Assembly: GCA_965209155.1 (NCBI GenBank)
Contig: OZ242383.1
Coordinates: 288,001-352,000, forward strand
Length of the DNA: 64,000 bases
Direction: 5' to 3'
Origin: a bacterium
Lineage (GTDB): Bacteria; SAR324; NAC60-12
The translations under genes were made by a program, and so were the position numbers. The notes beneath the pieces were generated by a model. The model saw only the letters and a list, made by a program, of their open reading frames with translations, made no database searches and was not told the DNA's origin. The first letter of the stretch is position 1. The number at the start of each line of letters is the position of its first letter. Shown here one piece after another: positions 21,171 to 32,216 of the stretch.

Positions 21171-22718
21171 ATGAGCCGGAAACAAGGAAAGGAATTGTCG
21201 ATGCGTAAAGTACGAGAAATTTTGAGATTAGGATTAGTCTGTCAACTGTCCCAGCGACGGATTGCTCAAAGTTGTCATATGTCTCAAGCCAGTGTGAGCA
21301 AATTTTTGAATTTAGCCAAACAAAGAGAGATTGAAGGCACACAAGTCTCTCAATTCAGTGATGAAGAATTGATGAAGGCGCTTGGGCTCAACAGTGAGGT
21401 TATCTGCTATAAAATGGCTCCCATGCCAGATTTTAAACAAATTCACGAAGAGCTGAAAAAGAAAAGTGTCACGCTTCGCTTATTGTGGGAAGAATACAAG
21501 TATCTTCATCCAAGCGGTTATCAATATTCCCAATTCTGCGAACATTACAGTCGTTTCAAGCAAACGCTCAATCGATCGCTTCGCCAGACTCACAAGGCCG
21601 GTGAGAAGCTGTTTGTGGATTATGCGGGAGAAAGCGTCAAGATCTACAATCGAGAAAGCGGCAAGTTTCAGGCGGCTCAAATTTTTGTCGCAGTTCTGGG
21701 AGCGAGCAACTACACCTATTGCGAAGCGAGCTGGACTCAAAGTCTGCCCGACTGGATCGCTTCTCACATTCGTGCCTTTGAGTTTTTTGGAGCAGTGTCC
21801 AAAGTGGTGGTGCCGGATAATTTGAAATCAGGGGTGAAAAAAGCCTGCTTCTATGAACCGGATATCAATCCCACTTACCACGAATTGGCCCTTCATTATG
21901 GTACGGTGATTCTCCCCACCAGGGTCCGAAAACCCAAAGACAAAGCCAAGGTAGAAGTGGCGGTACAAATTGTAGAACGTTGGATCTTAGCCGCCTTACG
22001 TCATCGCAGTTTCTTCAGTTTAGAAGAATTGAATCGAGCAATCCGTCGTCTGTTAGAACGCTTGAATCAACGCCCTTTTAAAAAATTACCCGGATCGCGC
22101 TGGTCTTGTTTTCAAACGCTGGAATTACCGGCTTTACTAGCCCTACCTCAGCAACGCTACAGTTTTGCTCAGTGGAAAAAAGCGAAAGTGAATATCGATT
22201 ATCATGTGGAGTTGCAGAGGCATTACAACAGCGTTCCTTACTCCCTCTGTCACCAGGAAGTTCAAATGCGTTATAGCAGCGAAACGCTGGAAATCTTCTT
22301 TCGAGGCAAACGGGTGGCTTCCCACAAACGTGATGATCGTGCCGGGCTTCATAGCACTCAGGAGCAACATATGCCCAAAGGACATCGAGAACATCTACAT
22401 TGGTCGCCTTCTCGCTTGATTGACTGGGCTGCCACCATCGGACCAGCCACCGCTAAACTGGTAGCAGGAATCATGGATCAAAGAAGCTATCCTGAGCAGG
22501 GATACCGTTCCTGCTTAGGGATTATGCGCCTTTCTAAACTCTACACGGCCAATCGAGTGGAATCGGCTTCTCAGAGGGCTATTCTCATTGGGGCTTTCCG
22601 CTATAGCAGTGTTCATTCGATCTTAAAGAAAGGTTTGGATCGGCATCCCCTTTCCAAGCCAGAACCCACCCCGCAACTGGAACATGAAAATATCCGTGGG
22701 GCTCATTACTACCAATGA
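21171..22718 (+). CDS. istA: IS21 transposase IstA
   Basis: MRKVREILRL, LFVDYAG, VPDNLKS, RKPKDKAKVE, HENIRG. Confidence 0.95.
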   Translation: MSRKQGKELSMRKVREILRLGLVCQLSQRRIAQSCHMSQASVSKFLNLAKQREIEGTQVSQFSDEELMKALGLNSEVICYKMAPMPDFKQIHEELKKKSVTLRLLWEEYKYLHPSGYQYSQFCEHYSRFKQTLNRSLRQTHKAGEKLFVDYAGESVKIYNRESGKFQAAQIFVAVLGASNYTYCEASWTQSLPDWIASHIRAFEFFGAVSKVVVPDNLKSGVKKACFYEPDINPTYHELALHYGTVILPTRVRKPKDKAKVEVAVQIVERWILAALRHRSFFSLEELNRAIRRLLERLNQRPFKKLPGSRWSCFQTLELPALLALPQQRYSFAQWKKAKVNIDYHVELQRHYNSVPYSLCHQEVQMRYSSETLEIFFRGKRVASHKRDDRAGLHSTQEQHMPKGHREHLHWSPSRLIDWAATIGPATAKLVAGIMDQRSYPEQGYRSCLGIMRLSKLYTANRVESASQRAILIGAFRYSSVHSILKKGLDRHPLSKPEPTPQLEHENIRGAHYYQ

Positions 22719-22737
22719 GCCCCTCAGAAAGGAGTTT

Positions 22738-23487
22738 ATGATTACTGTCCCTACTTTTGAAAAATTGAAATCGATGAAGTTTTGGGGAATGGCCCAAGCT
22801 TTCGAAGAACAAATGGCCTCCAGTCAGTATGAGCGATTGAGTTTTGAGGAACGCTTGGGCTTGCTAGTGGATCGGGAAGCCAGTGAAAGAGAAAACCGTC
22901 GTATGCAATCCAGACTGAAACAAGCTGCTTTACGACAACAAGCCTGTATCCAGGACATTGACCATACGCTGCCCCGAGGATTAGATCCTGCTCTGATGCA
23001 ATCCCTCTACAGCGGCCAGTGGATTAAAGAACATCTCAATATCCTAATCTGCGGACCAACCGGCATCGGGAAAAGTTTTATTGCCTGTGCCCTGGGACAT
23101 CAAGCCTGTTTGCAGGGAGCTCGAGTCAAATACTTGAGAATCCCTCGATTGCTACCCCAGTTGGCCTTAGCCAGAGGAGATGGCTCCTATCTGAAAATGA
23201 TCAACCAGATGGCGCGAATGGATTTGATTATTTTAGACGACTGGGGGCTCTCAGTCTTTAACGACCAGGAAAGACGAGATATTTTGGAAATCCTCGATGA
23301 TCGCCATAACCGAGGTTCAACTATTATTACCGCTCAACTTCCTGTGGAAAAATGGCATCAGATCATCGGTGATCCTACACTGGCTGATGCCATCCTCGAT
23401 AGAGTGGTGCACAATGCTTATAAACTTCAATTGAAAGGAGAGTCGGTCAGAAAAAAACGATCCAAGTTGACCAATGCTAAACAATAA
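22738..23487 (+). CDS. istB: IS21 helper ATPase IstB
   Basis: GPTGIGKS, LILDDWG, ADAILDR. Confidence 0.95.
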   Translation: MITVPTFEKLKSMKFWGMAQAFEEQMASSQYERLSFEERLGLLVDREASERENRRMQSRLKQAALRQQACIQDIDHTLPRGLDPALMQSLYSGQWIKEHLNILICGPTGIGKSFIACALGHQACLQGARVKYLRIPRLLPQLALARGDGSYLKMINQMARMDLIILDDWGLSVFNDQERRDILEILDDRHNRGSTIITAQLPVEKWHQIIGDPTLADAILDRVVHNAYKLQLKGESVRKKRSKLTNAKQ

Positions 23488-23786
23488 ATTAAAACTAAAT
23501 TAAAGAGAACGTCGCTTCGCTCCGAGAGGGTGATCGAAGTGATCCGGAATCAGTGATCGAAGTGGACCGGAATCGATGATCGAAGTGAGCGGAATACGCA
23601 CTAGGCGGGCCCCTCCGAAGGGAGAGATCCTTATAAGCTACTAAAATCATTAAAGATCCCTCACATGCATTCGAGATGACACTCAAAAGTGTCCAAAGTG
23701 TTGGATGACGTACCGCAATAAATATGGGTAACTTCTTGGGGATGTTCAAGCAAGGCCCCATTCATAACTTTTATCAGGAAAACAGT

Positions 23787-23910
23787 ATGGCTTCAGCAAT
23801 ATGGCCGACAGATGAAGATTTGATTTCTTCAGCCCACATTGTTTCAGACGTCCAAAAACGAACCGTTCCTAAGCAAATAGAATATTGGGCAAGAATCGGA
23901 AAAATCGCAG
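23787..23910 (+). pseudogene. Truncated ParD-like antitoxin
   Basis: KRTVPKQIEYWARIGKIA motif, then cut by the TauD segment. Confidence 0.65.
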
Positions 23911-23944
23911 GGATGCCTGACGCTTCATCGAGATGGAGGTATCC

Positions 23945-24883
23945 ATGAACGTCTCTGTTCGACCGATCGGCCAGGAATTCGCAGCAGAGCTCATCGGCAT
24001 CAGTTGCCGTAGCCCGCTGCCACCGGAGACGGTGAAGTCGGTGGAGACCGCGATGAATCAGTACGCGGTGGTCGTGATACGCGACCAAGTGCTGACGGAT
24101 GAGGAACAGCTCGCCTTCTCCCTGCACTTCGGCGAGATCGAGCGCCAGGGGAGGGGCAGTACCAAAGGTCGAATTCACTTTCGTACCCGTGAGCAGACTC
24201 GGCCGCTTGGTCAAGGCATTGGCGATTTTTCGAATGTGGATCATGCGGGCCGGCCGCTTGTGGCGAACACCCGGGCACACCTGTTCAAACTAGCTGACCG
24301 GCTGTGGCACTCGGACAGCTCGTTTCGCCCGATTCCGGCCAAGTACTCGTTGCTTTCCGCCCGGGCCATTCCTTCCTGGGGCGGGAATACCGAGTTCGCG
24401 GACATGCGTAGAGCATACGAGGCGCTGGACGACCGCACGAAGCTCGAAGTGGAGAATCTGGTGTGTCTGCACTCGCAGATCTATTCACGAGAGCTGGTGG
24501 GTTTTGACGACATCACGGCTGAGGAACGGAAAGACTTCAAGCCGGTGAGACAGCGACTTGTCCGGCAACACCCGGCCACCGGGCGGAGATCGTTGTTCCT
24601 GTCTTCCCATGCTGGTGTAATCGAGGGCTGGACGGTACCAGAGTCGCGCATGTATCTGCACGACCTGATCGAGTTTGCTACCCAGCCCTGTTTCGTGTAC
24701 TCGCACTCCTGGCGCCAAAACGATCTTGTCATCTGGGACAACCGCTGCACCATGCATCGTGGTCGTCGGTTCGACCCCGATGAGGTGCGCGACATGCGCC
24801 AGACCCGTCTGGGTGGAGATGGACCGACGATCGAGCAGGGGGGTAGTCTCGGCAACCTTCACTTAGGACTATCCAGGGAGTGA
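23945..24883 (+). CDS. TauD/TfdA-family Fe(II)/2-oxoglutarate dioxygenase (TfdA-like)
   Basis: LWHSDSSF, GGNTEFAD, VIWDNRCTMHR. Confidence 0.93.
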   Translation: MNVSVRPIGQEFAAELIGISCRSPLPPETVKSVETAMNQYAVVVIRDQVLTDEEQLAFSLHFGEIERQGRGSTKGRIHFRTREQTRPLGQGIGDFSNVDHAGRPLVANTRAHLFKLADRLWHSDSSFRPIPAKYSLLSARAIPSWGGNTEFADMRRAYEALDDRTKLEVENLVCLHSQIYSRELVGFDDITAEERKDFKPVRQRLVRQHPATGRRSLFLSSHAGVIEGWTVPESRMYLHDLIEFATQPCFVYSHSWRQNDLVIWDNRCTMHRGRRFDPDEVRDMRQTRLGGDGPTIEQGGSLGNLHLGLSRE

Positions 24884-25415
24884 AAAAGGGAACAAAATTC
24901 ATGGAAGCCCTCGATAACCCCTTGCAAAGCATTGAAGACAATCCCCTTAAAAAGAATGTCTTCTCTCACGCAGAAAGAAGGTTCTCTACCATAATTTTCT
25001 GATCAATGGGTATCACGTTTTGTATAATTTAACTCGATGTTTGAATTATTTTTTACCTTAGCATCTTTGAGAGAAAGGCAAAAGCAATTCAGAGTTTTCC
25101 GTTATATCGTTAAAGAGCGCACCTGATGAATGACCCCTTTTTCTTTCCTTCGCGAACCGCCTTCGACTGCTGATCCGATGATTCGGATCAGTGTCAGCTG
25201 CCGAACTAACTTGCGCAAGTGCTACTTTAGATGGGTCATTTTACACCCTTTAGCACTTAGAAGAGCCTCAGTAAATCCAATAATCATCTAGTTTCGCAGA
25301 AAATCACAACTTGACCTGGTGCAAACAGGTATCTATAATGAAATACCACTTGCGCAAAAGTAACAGAAATCTCGTATCATCATAAAAGGCAAATTCGATT
25401 CACCAACGACTACGG

Positions 25416-28400
25416 ATGAGCTCGGACATGAAAACCAATAAAGATCTCCCATCGTTTGCACAGTTCAAAAACTACTTCGATTCTGATGAGTCTTGCCGAC
25501 GCCATCTATTCAGCATTCATTGGCCGAATGGTTTCAAGTGCCCGGCCTGTGGAAATGGGCAATATTACAAGGTTTCTTCGCGGGCCGTATTTCATTGCAG
25601 CAGCTGCCAGTACCAGACTTCATTAACGGCGAAAACGTTGATGCGCAAGACACGGACTCCTCTTCGTTTTTGGTTCTGGGGGATCTACCTGGTAAACGAG
25701 CGGAAGCAAGGGGTAACAGCCAAACAGTTCTCTGAGATGAGTGGTTTGAACTACCATGCCGCCCGGAGAATGCTGGGAAAAATCCGCAAAATTGAAAAGG
25801 ACCAGGGGTTCCTGGGGGATCTGCTGAAAAGCTTCAATATGCCTGAAGGGTCCAGGGAAGAATTCTCTACCGGACCGGGCATGGAAACGCCACCCAAGCC
25901 AACAAAAGAGCCGTATCCACTAAGAGAGCCAACGATTCCCGACAGAAAAAAACCGGAGATTCCGGGTTATTCGCTGGAGGAGGTCCTTTTTGAAAGTGGG
26001 CGGACCTGGCTTTGGCGCGGCAAGCGGCAAAGGGATGGGCTTTGGGTTCTGATCAAAGGATCGGCTTCCTCTGAGCAGGGCGCGCAGGAGCTGGCGGAAA
26101 TATGGCATGAGCATGAGATCACTCAGGCTCTCGAGATCGATGGGGTCCTCAGGGCAGAGGAACTGGTGGCGTGTGAAAACGGATCGGTCTTGATCCTGGA
26201 AAACACGGAAGGACTCCCTTTAAGAAAGCTGATGGATGCCGCCCGGTTCGACCTGCTGGACTCGCTGAAGATAGCGGTTTCACTGATCGGTATTCTGAAA
26301 GAAGTGCACCGGCAGGGCATCTTGCATAAAATGATCAATCCGTTGAATATTTTTGTCGATCCGGCCTCGGGGACGGTCAAACTGACCGGTTTCGGTCTGG
26401 CCACCCGGTTGCCTAAGGAAAATTTGACGACGTTGAGTCCCCGGCTTAGTAGAGAAACCCTGCCCTATATCTCCCCCGAGCAGACCGGCCGGATGAACCG
26501 CCCGCTCGATTATCGCAGTGATTTTTATTCCCTGGGCGTCACCCTCTATGAACTTTTCAGCGGGAGAGTGCCTTTTCACTCCCGGGAGGCCATGGAAATC
26601 ATCCACGCTCACATTGCCCGGCAGCCCCCGCCCCCTGACGAGATTGAACCGCAAGTACCCAGAGTCCTTTCTAATATGGTGATGAAACTGATAGCCAAGC
26701 GTGCCGAGGCGCGCTACCAGAGCCACTCGGGCCTGGCAGCCGATCTCCTGGCATGTGTGGAGCAACTGGAAAACCAGGGAAGCCTGTCCGACTTTCCCCT
26801 TGCTCACCATGATATACCTAAAGAACTGCAGATCGCCCCGGGGCTTTACGGCCGGGAGGATGAAATCATCGCCCTGGAGGCCGCCCTGGAGCGAGTGAGC
26901 CAGGGAGCGACCGAGATGATGCTGGTCTCGGGAAGCGCCGGTGTCGGTAAAACCGCCCTGGTTGGTGAAATCTATAAGTCCGTTGCCCAAAAAAACGGCT
27001 TTTTCATCTCCGGCAAGTTTGACCAGCTCCAGAACAATATCCCCTACAGCGCCCTGATCCAGGCGCTGCGGGGACTCATCCGGGAGGTATCAGTTGAAGA
27101 GAAATCCGGAATGGAGCGTTGGAAAAGCAGGATACAGGCTGCCCTGGGGCCCAACGGACAACTGATGACCCGGGTGATCCCGGAACTGGAACCGATGATC
27201 GGCCCGCAACCCCCGCTGCCGGAAATGGGAGCGCTGGAGGCCCGCAACCGCTTCACGGCCGTTTTACTGGATTTCATCTCTGTTTTTTGTGAAAAAACCC
27301 ATCCCCTGGTTATTTTTCTGGACGACTTGCAGTGGGTGGACGCCGATACCCTCAAGCTGGTGGAACGGATCGCTCAGGATCCTGAGAAGAAACCTCTGCT
27401 TTTCCTGGGAGCCTATCGCGACAACAAGGTGGATGCCGACCATCGGCTGACGGCTGCTATCGCAGTGTTTAAAAAAACAGGCCAGCCGCTGCAAACGATC
27501 CCCTTAAAGCCCCTGAACCCAGAGAACATCTCACAACTGCTCGTCCATACCTGCCACTGCCGTCTTGAGGAGGCCAAACCGCTGGCCGAGGTCCTGGTTC
27601 GCAAAACCGGCGGCAATCCCTTCTTTGTGAGCCAGTTTTTAACCGTACTCTCCGAGAAGGAGCTGATCCGCTACTCCCCTGAGGAAAAACGATGGATCTG
27701 GGACCTGGCTGCCATCGAGTTCCTGGCAGTGACCGAGAATGTGGTGGCGTTGCTGATTGACCGGCTCCATCGGTTTTCCTCTGAAACCAGGCGACTTTTA
27801 AGCCTGGCGGCCTGTATTGGCAATACCTTTGACCTGGAAACCTTGGAGTTGATCAGCGGAGCTGGAAGCGGGGAGCTCTATGAGAAACTGTTGCCGGCCC
27901 TGGAAACCGGGTTGATCCTCGGTCTTTCCCGGGCCCCGCAGCTGGATCATCCCCCGGACGGAGCGAGCGTGGATGGCGGCAGCTTCAAATTCCTGCATGA
28001 CCGGGTGCAGCAGGCTGCCTATGCCCTCATTGCCCAAAAGGAGAGAAAGCCGGTCCATCTTAAAATCGGTCAGATCCTGCTCAAGCAATACGCTCCGGAG
28101 AAAGGTGACGCTCTGCTTTTTGACATCGTCCATCATTTCAACCTGACCCGGAGGGTGAAGGATAAATGGAAAGAACGATTGAAGCTGGCGGGGCTCAACC
28201 TGGAAGCCGGTCGTCAGGCCAGGGCGGCTTCGGCTTTTGAAAAGGCCCTGGAGTATTTTACCATCGGCCTGGAGCTTTCAGGAGCCGCCGCCTGGAAACG
28301 GCAATATCCCCTGACTTTATCCCTGCATGAGGAAGCCACGGAGATGTCATGGCTCTGCGGCCGCTTCGAGTTGATGGAGAAGCTGGCCGGTGCCGTAAAA

Positions 28401-31391
28401 GACAACGCCCGAGAAGACCCGGAGCTAGCCAATGTTTATCAATGCCGGATCAAGGCGTACACCAACCAGGGTGAATTAAGCAAGGCCATGGAAACGGGCG
28501 CGGAGATTCTGGAGAAATTGGGGTGTCAACTGAGCCGTTTGTCTCTCGATCAGTGGCAGCAGGCCCTCGTTCAAATCAAATCCAGTCTGGCCGGTAAAAG
28601 CGTCAAAGACGTGATGGGCTTTGAGCCGCTCACCCAACTGGATGCCGAGGTCCTTGTCCCTATCCTGTTTGAACTCCATGTGGCCTATGGCGAGGCTGGG
28701 GTTACTTTGGATGACGGTCTTTGGCAGCCCATCGCTTCAAAACGCATCTCTTTTCTGCTCAATCATTTTCATCCGAAACATTCACCCGAGTTCTATTGTC
28801 TCCTTGGAAGGATCTATTGCGTGTATATGCAGGATTTTGAATTTGGTTATGAACTCGGTCGTCTGGGCATACAGCTCATGGAAGCGCTTGATCTGAAGGA
28901 AATAAACGGTAGAGTTTCCGGGGGTTTCAATGGCGCGATCCGGTCCTGCCGGGAGCCACTATCGGCGTCATTGGATCCCTTGCTGGAAGCTCATAAGATG
29001 GCAATCGAGACGGGAGATTTCCACAATGCTGGTCGTAGCGCCGTCTCAAGATGTCAGATTGCCTTTATGTGCGGGAAAGAGCTGAATTGGCTGAAAGGGG
29101 AATTGTCGACGTTGAAGGCTGCTCTCAAGAAGATCGATTATATTATAGGGTCTCGCCATGCCGAAATGCAGACGAAGGCGGTCACGATTCTAATGGAGGA
29201 ACCTGCGACCCTGTCGAGCGGCATCATGGATCAATACCACAGGGTGACGGGTGCAGAGTTTGTCTATCATGAACAGAGCCATTTTAATTACCAAAAGCTG
29301 GTGCTGCAAACCCTGTTTGGAGAATACGAAGCAGCCCGGGAGACGGTTTTTGAAATGATCAACCTGATGAAAACCTACAAGGATTCCCTTGTTGATCCCC
29401 TGGCCAACTGCTACCAATCCCTCGCTCTTCTGGCGCTTTGCAACCAGGGGAGCGAGGGGGAAAAGGAGGAGACCCTCACCCAGGTTAACGACAATCAGGC
29501 TATATTGGAGAAACTGGCGCGCTGCGCACCGCCCAATTACCGACACAAGCATCACCTGGTGGAAGCCGAACGGATGCGGGTTTTGGGCGGCGAACCCGAT
29601 GCCATTATGCACCACTATGACCAGGCCATCGCTTTGGCCAGAGAGAGCGAATTTATCCACGAGGAAGCCCTGGCCAATGAACTGGCAGCCAGATACTTGC
29701 TCAACCAGGGGCAGAACGACGCCGCCCGGGCTTACCTGCGCTCAGCAATGGAGAAATACGAAGCCTGGGGGGCAAAACGGAAGGTCGCGCACCTGAAGTC
29801 TCGATATCCCGAGCTGATTGCCGATGATCGTGCCGAAGTAGCAGCGTCTCCTTCGGCCAACCTGGACCTGGCGACGATGCTCAAAGCCTCGGAGGCCATC
29901 TCCAGTACCATCGAGTTGGAACCGCTGCTGGAGATCCTGCTCCGCATTCTCATGGAAAATGCCGGGGCCCAGACTGCAGCCCTGATTCTTGAAACCGAAG
30001 GTCAGTCTCTCATCGCTGCCCGCGGGAGTAACGAACAAATCGAATGTTTTCTACCGCTTTCCCTGCCTGTGGAAAAGGCCCAATCCCTCTCCCTCTCGGT
30101 CATCTCCTGGGTGAAACAAACCCGGGAACACCTGGTTTTGGACAATGCCTCCCGGGAGGAACGGTTTGTCGAGGATGACTATATTAAACGGGAACGTCCT
30201 AAATCCATCCTGTGCGCACCGATCACGCATCAGTCCGCCTTGAGCGGCATCATTTACCTGGAAAACAACCTGGTTGAGGGGGCCTTCACCTCCCGGCGAT
30301 TCGAGATGCTCAAACACCTTAGCTCCCAGATCGCCATTTCCCTGGAAAATGCCAGGCTTCACGAAAACCTCAAAAAGAGCGAAACCTCCTTGCGTGAGGA
30401 GAATGTCCGCCTGAAGGCCAACATCAAGGAGCGTTATCGGTTCGGAAAGATCATCGGCAAAAGCCCCGTGATGCAGGAGATTTATGAATTGATCTTAAAG
30501 GCGGCGGCTAGCGATGCTGGCGTCATTGTATACGGTGAATCAGGGACCGGTAAAGAACTGGTGGCCGAAGCCATCCATGAGATGAGTGATAGAAAAGAAA
30601 AACCCTTTGTTCCCGTCAACGCCGGCGGCGTTGCGGAAACCCTCTTGGAAAGCGAGTTTTTCGGCTACAAAAAAGGGGCCTTTACCGGCGCCAACACGGA
30701 TAAGCGCGGCCTGCTCCAACAGGCAGACAAAGGCACGCTTTTCCTGGATGAATTGGGTGAAATTGGCCCCAATCTGCAAGCCAAACTGCTGCGTGCTATT
30801 GAGGGCAGAGGGTTCACGCCAGTAGGCGGACTGGAAGCGGAAACCTCCGATTTTCGCGTCATTGGTGCCACCAATAAAGATTTAAAACAACAGGTGAAAA
30901 AGGGATTGATGCGGGAGGATTTCTTTTTCCGCATCCACATTATCCCTCTTCACTTGCCGCCTCTCAGGGAACGTAAAGAGGATATCCCCCTTTTGATCGA
31001 GCATTTTATGCAAAACTACCCTTCCTCAAAGAACCTGCCCAAAATCACCGTCGCTGTCATGGAAGCTCTGACCTCCTATGATTGGCCGGGAAACGTCAGG
31101 GAACTGATCAACACCATGCATCGCTATGTCTCCCTGGGAGAGGTCGATTTTCTGGGGGAACAAACAATCGCCCCAGATGGTATAATCTCAAATTTCGGAG
31201 ATAACCCCCGCCATGGGAAAATGGCGCTGGATCAGGCCGTCGCAGATAGTGAAAAAACGACGATTCTCAGCGCCCTGAAAAATTATGATGGCCACAAGAC
31301 AAAAACCGCTGCCGCCCTGGGAATCTCCCGGGCCACCCTCTTCAACAAAATGAAAAAGTACGGAATTCGGACCATCCCAGGAACTAAATAA
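25416..31391 (+). CDS. Giant sigma-54 activator: IS1595-type Zn-ribbon/HTH + kinase-like + AAA (COG3899) + helical region + GAF + sigma-54 AAA+ + Fis HTH
   Basis: [10 protein letters not shown]...[74 protein letters not shown]. Confidence 0.92.
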   Translation: MSSDMKTNKDLPSFAQFKNYFDSDESCRRHLFSIHWPNGFKCPACGNGQYYKVSSRAVFHCSSCQYQTSLTAKTLMRKTRTPLRFWFWGIYLVNERKQGVTAKQFSEMSGLNYHAARRMLGKIRKIEKDQGFLGDLLKSFNMPEGSREEFSTGPGMETPPKPTKEPYPLREPTIPDRKKPEIPGYSLEEVLFESGRTWLWRGKRQRDGLWVLIKGSASSEQGAQELAEIWHEHEITQALEIDGVLRAEELVACENGSVLILENTEGLPLRKLMDAARFDLLDSLKIAVSLIGILKEVHRQGILHKMINPLNIFVDPASGTVKLTGFGLATRLPKENLTTLSPRLSRETLPYISPEQTGRMNRPLDYRSDFYSLGVTLYELFSGRVPFHSREAMEIIHAHIARQPPPPDEIEPQVPRVLSNMVMKLIAKRAEARYQSHSGLAADLLACVEQLENQGSLSDFPLAHHDIPKELQIAPGLYGREDEIIALEAALERVSQGATEMMLVSGSAGVGKTALVGEIYKSVAQKNGFFISGKFDQLQNNIPYSALIQALRGLIREVSVEEKSGMERWKSRIQAALGPNGQLMTRVIPELEPMIGPQPPLPEMGALEARNRFTAVLLDFISVFCEKTHPLVIFLDDLQWVDADTLKLVERIAQDPEKKPLLFLGAYRDNKVDADHRLTAAIAVFKKTGQPLQTIPLKPLNPENISQLLVHTCHCRLEEAKPLAEVLVRKTGGNPFFVSQFLTVLSEKELIRYSPEEKRWIWDLAAIEFLAVTENVVALLIDRLHRFSSETRRLLSLAACIGNTFDLETLELISGAGSGELYEKLLPALETGLILGLSRAPQLDHPPDGASVDGGSFKFLHDRVQQAAYALIAQKERKPVHLKIGQILLKQYAPEKGDALLFDIVHHFNLTRRVKDKWKERLKLAGLNLEAGRQARAASAFEKALEYFTIGLELSGAAAWKRQYPLTLSLHEEATEMSWLCGRFELMEKLAGAVKDNAREDPELANVYQCRIKAYTNQGELSKAMETGAEILEKLGCQLSRLSLDQWQQALVQIKSSLAGKSVKDVMGFEPLTQLDAEVLVPILFELHVAYGEAGVTLDDGLWQPIASKRISFLLNHFHPKHSPEFYCLLGRIYCVYMQDFEFGYELGRLGIQLMEALDLKEINGRVSGGFNGAIRSCREPLSASLDPLLEAHKMAIETGDFHNAGRSAVSRCQIAFMCGKELNWLKGELSTLKAALKKIDYIIGSRHAEMQTKAVTILMEEPATLSSGIMDQYHRVTGAEFVYHEQSHFNYQKLVLQTLFGEYEAARETVFEMINLMKTYKDSLVDPLANCYQSLALLALCNQGSEGEKEETLTQVNDNQAILEKLARCAPPNYRHKHHLVEAERMRVLGGEPDAIMHHYDQAIALARESEFIHEEALANELAARYLLNQGQNDAARAYLRSAMEKYEAWGAKRKVAHLKSRYPELIADDRAEVAASPSANLDLATMLKASEAISSTIELEPLLEILLRILMENAGAQTAALILETEGQSLIAARGSNEQIECFLPLSLPVEKAQSLSLSVISWVKQTREHLVLDNASREERFVEDDYIKRERPKSILCAPITHQSALSGIIYLENNLVEGAFTSRRFEMLKHLSSQIAISLENARLHENLKKSETSLREENVRLKANIKERYRFGKIIGKSPVMQEIYELILKAAASDAGVIVYGESGTGKELVAEAIHEMSDRKEKPFVPVNAGGVAETLLESEFFGYKKGAFTGANTDKRGLLQQADKGTLFLDELGEIGPNLQAKLLRAIEGRGFTPVGGLEAETSDFRVIGATNKDLKQQVKKGLMREDFFFRIHIIPLHLPPLRERKEDIPLLIEHFMQNYPSSKNLPKITVAVMEALTSYDWPGNVRELINTMHRYVSLGEVDFLGEQTIAPDGIISNFGDNPRHGKMALDQAVADSEKTTILSALKNYDGHKTKTAAALGISRATLFNKMKKYGIRTIPGTK

Positions 31392-31405
31392 TAGAATTTA
31401 AAAGT

Positions 31406-31607
31406 GTCAAAAATATTAGACAAACGTATAAAAATCTAGATTTTGATGAATAAATCTTGAATATCAGAGAGTTAACCACTCTTTCCAACCTACTAACGTC
31501 AAAATTTTTAGACATTTGCTTCGCATACCAAAATCTCCTCTTATCAAAATTAGTTAATAATTACAATAAGTTAACTGAATATCCTCAAATTTGGCACACT
31601 GCTTGAA
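31406..31607 (+). promoter_or_regulatory. Sigma-54 promoter with upstream activator palindromes and IHF site
   Basis: GTCAAAAATATTAGAC (31406), GTATAAAAATCTAGAT (31426), GTCAAAATTTTTAGAC (31498); IHF-like TATCAGAGAGTTA (31462); -24/-12 TTGGCACACTGCTTGAA (31591, GA instead of GC). Confidence 0.72.
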
Positions 31608-31862
31608 GCTAAAGCTCAAACAGTCGAAAAACGAGGGGCAGGGGGCAATGCCCTTGTTCCCAGTTCCCTATTCCTCGTTCTCCGTTCCGGGAACGGAACA
31701 TCAGGGGGGCATTTGGACACTATCGACGCCTGTACGCGTCCTTATTTTTATGCATTGCCTTATGAGGAGAAGCCTATGGAGAAATAAAAAAGTGTTAGCA
31801 ACAGATATAAAACACGACCAGAAATTCTACTTTGACATGCGTGGTGTATGTTAAATTTATTA

Positions 31863-32124
31863 AGTAAAGAATCCACTTCTTAGAAGGTGGTTTTGATGAG
31901 CCCCTGGAAGGGGCGTCTCGTGATCGTACTCGTGAGCCGTGCTCGTGAACGAAACGGCATCCCAGAGAACCCTGGATTCCCTGCCGTCTCTTCTAATCGG
32001 AATCCCCCTCTCAAGGGAATCGGGAACGTTTCTATCGAGCACGAGCACGATTACGAACACGGGCACGTTTCTGGCAGAGCCGATTATCTCTGACCACGAC
32101 CAAAGGACGTGGTTTAATCAGATA
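31863..32124. mobile_element. Diverged, cargo-less version of the IS200-like/hexamer-arm element
   Basis: CCACTTCT-TAGAAGGTGG and GCCCCT-GGA-AGGGGC hairpins, CGTGCTCGTGAACG and CGAGCACGAGCACG arms, CCACGACCAAAGGACGTGGTTTAAT end; same order as 44203-44769. Confidence 0.65.
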
Positions 32125-32126
32125 AA

Positions 32127-32216
32127 ATTAAAAATTATGAGGTTGAAATGGTTAAATTTATTAAAAATTATGAGGTTGAAATGGTTAAATTTATTAAAAA
32201 TTATGAGGTTGAAATG
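32127..32216 (+). repeat. 33-bp tandem triplication of RBS and start codon
   Basis: ATTAAAAATTATGAGGTTGAAATG at 32127, 32160 and 32193. Confidence 0.95.

Larger units (their letters stand above)
20967..23600 (+). mobile_element. IS21-family insertion sequence
   Basis: Ends TGCATATTCCG... and ...CGGAATACGCA with multiple 23-bp subterminal repeats (ATTCCGGcCCACTTCGATCAC); no flanking TSD seen. Confidence 0.93.

Noticed and set aside
31829..31856. dif-like site (TTTGACAT...ATGTTAAAT)
   Set aside because: Arm spacing is 5 rather than 6 bp and the XerC arm is poor; at most an operator or promoter element
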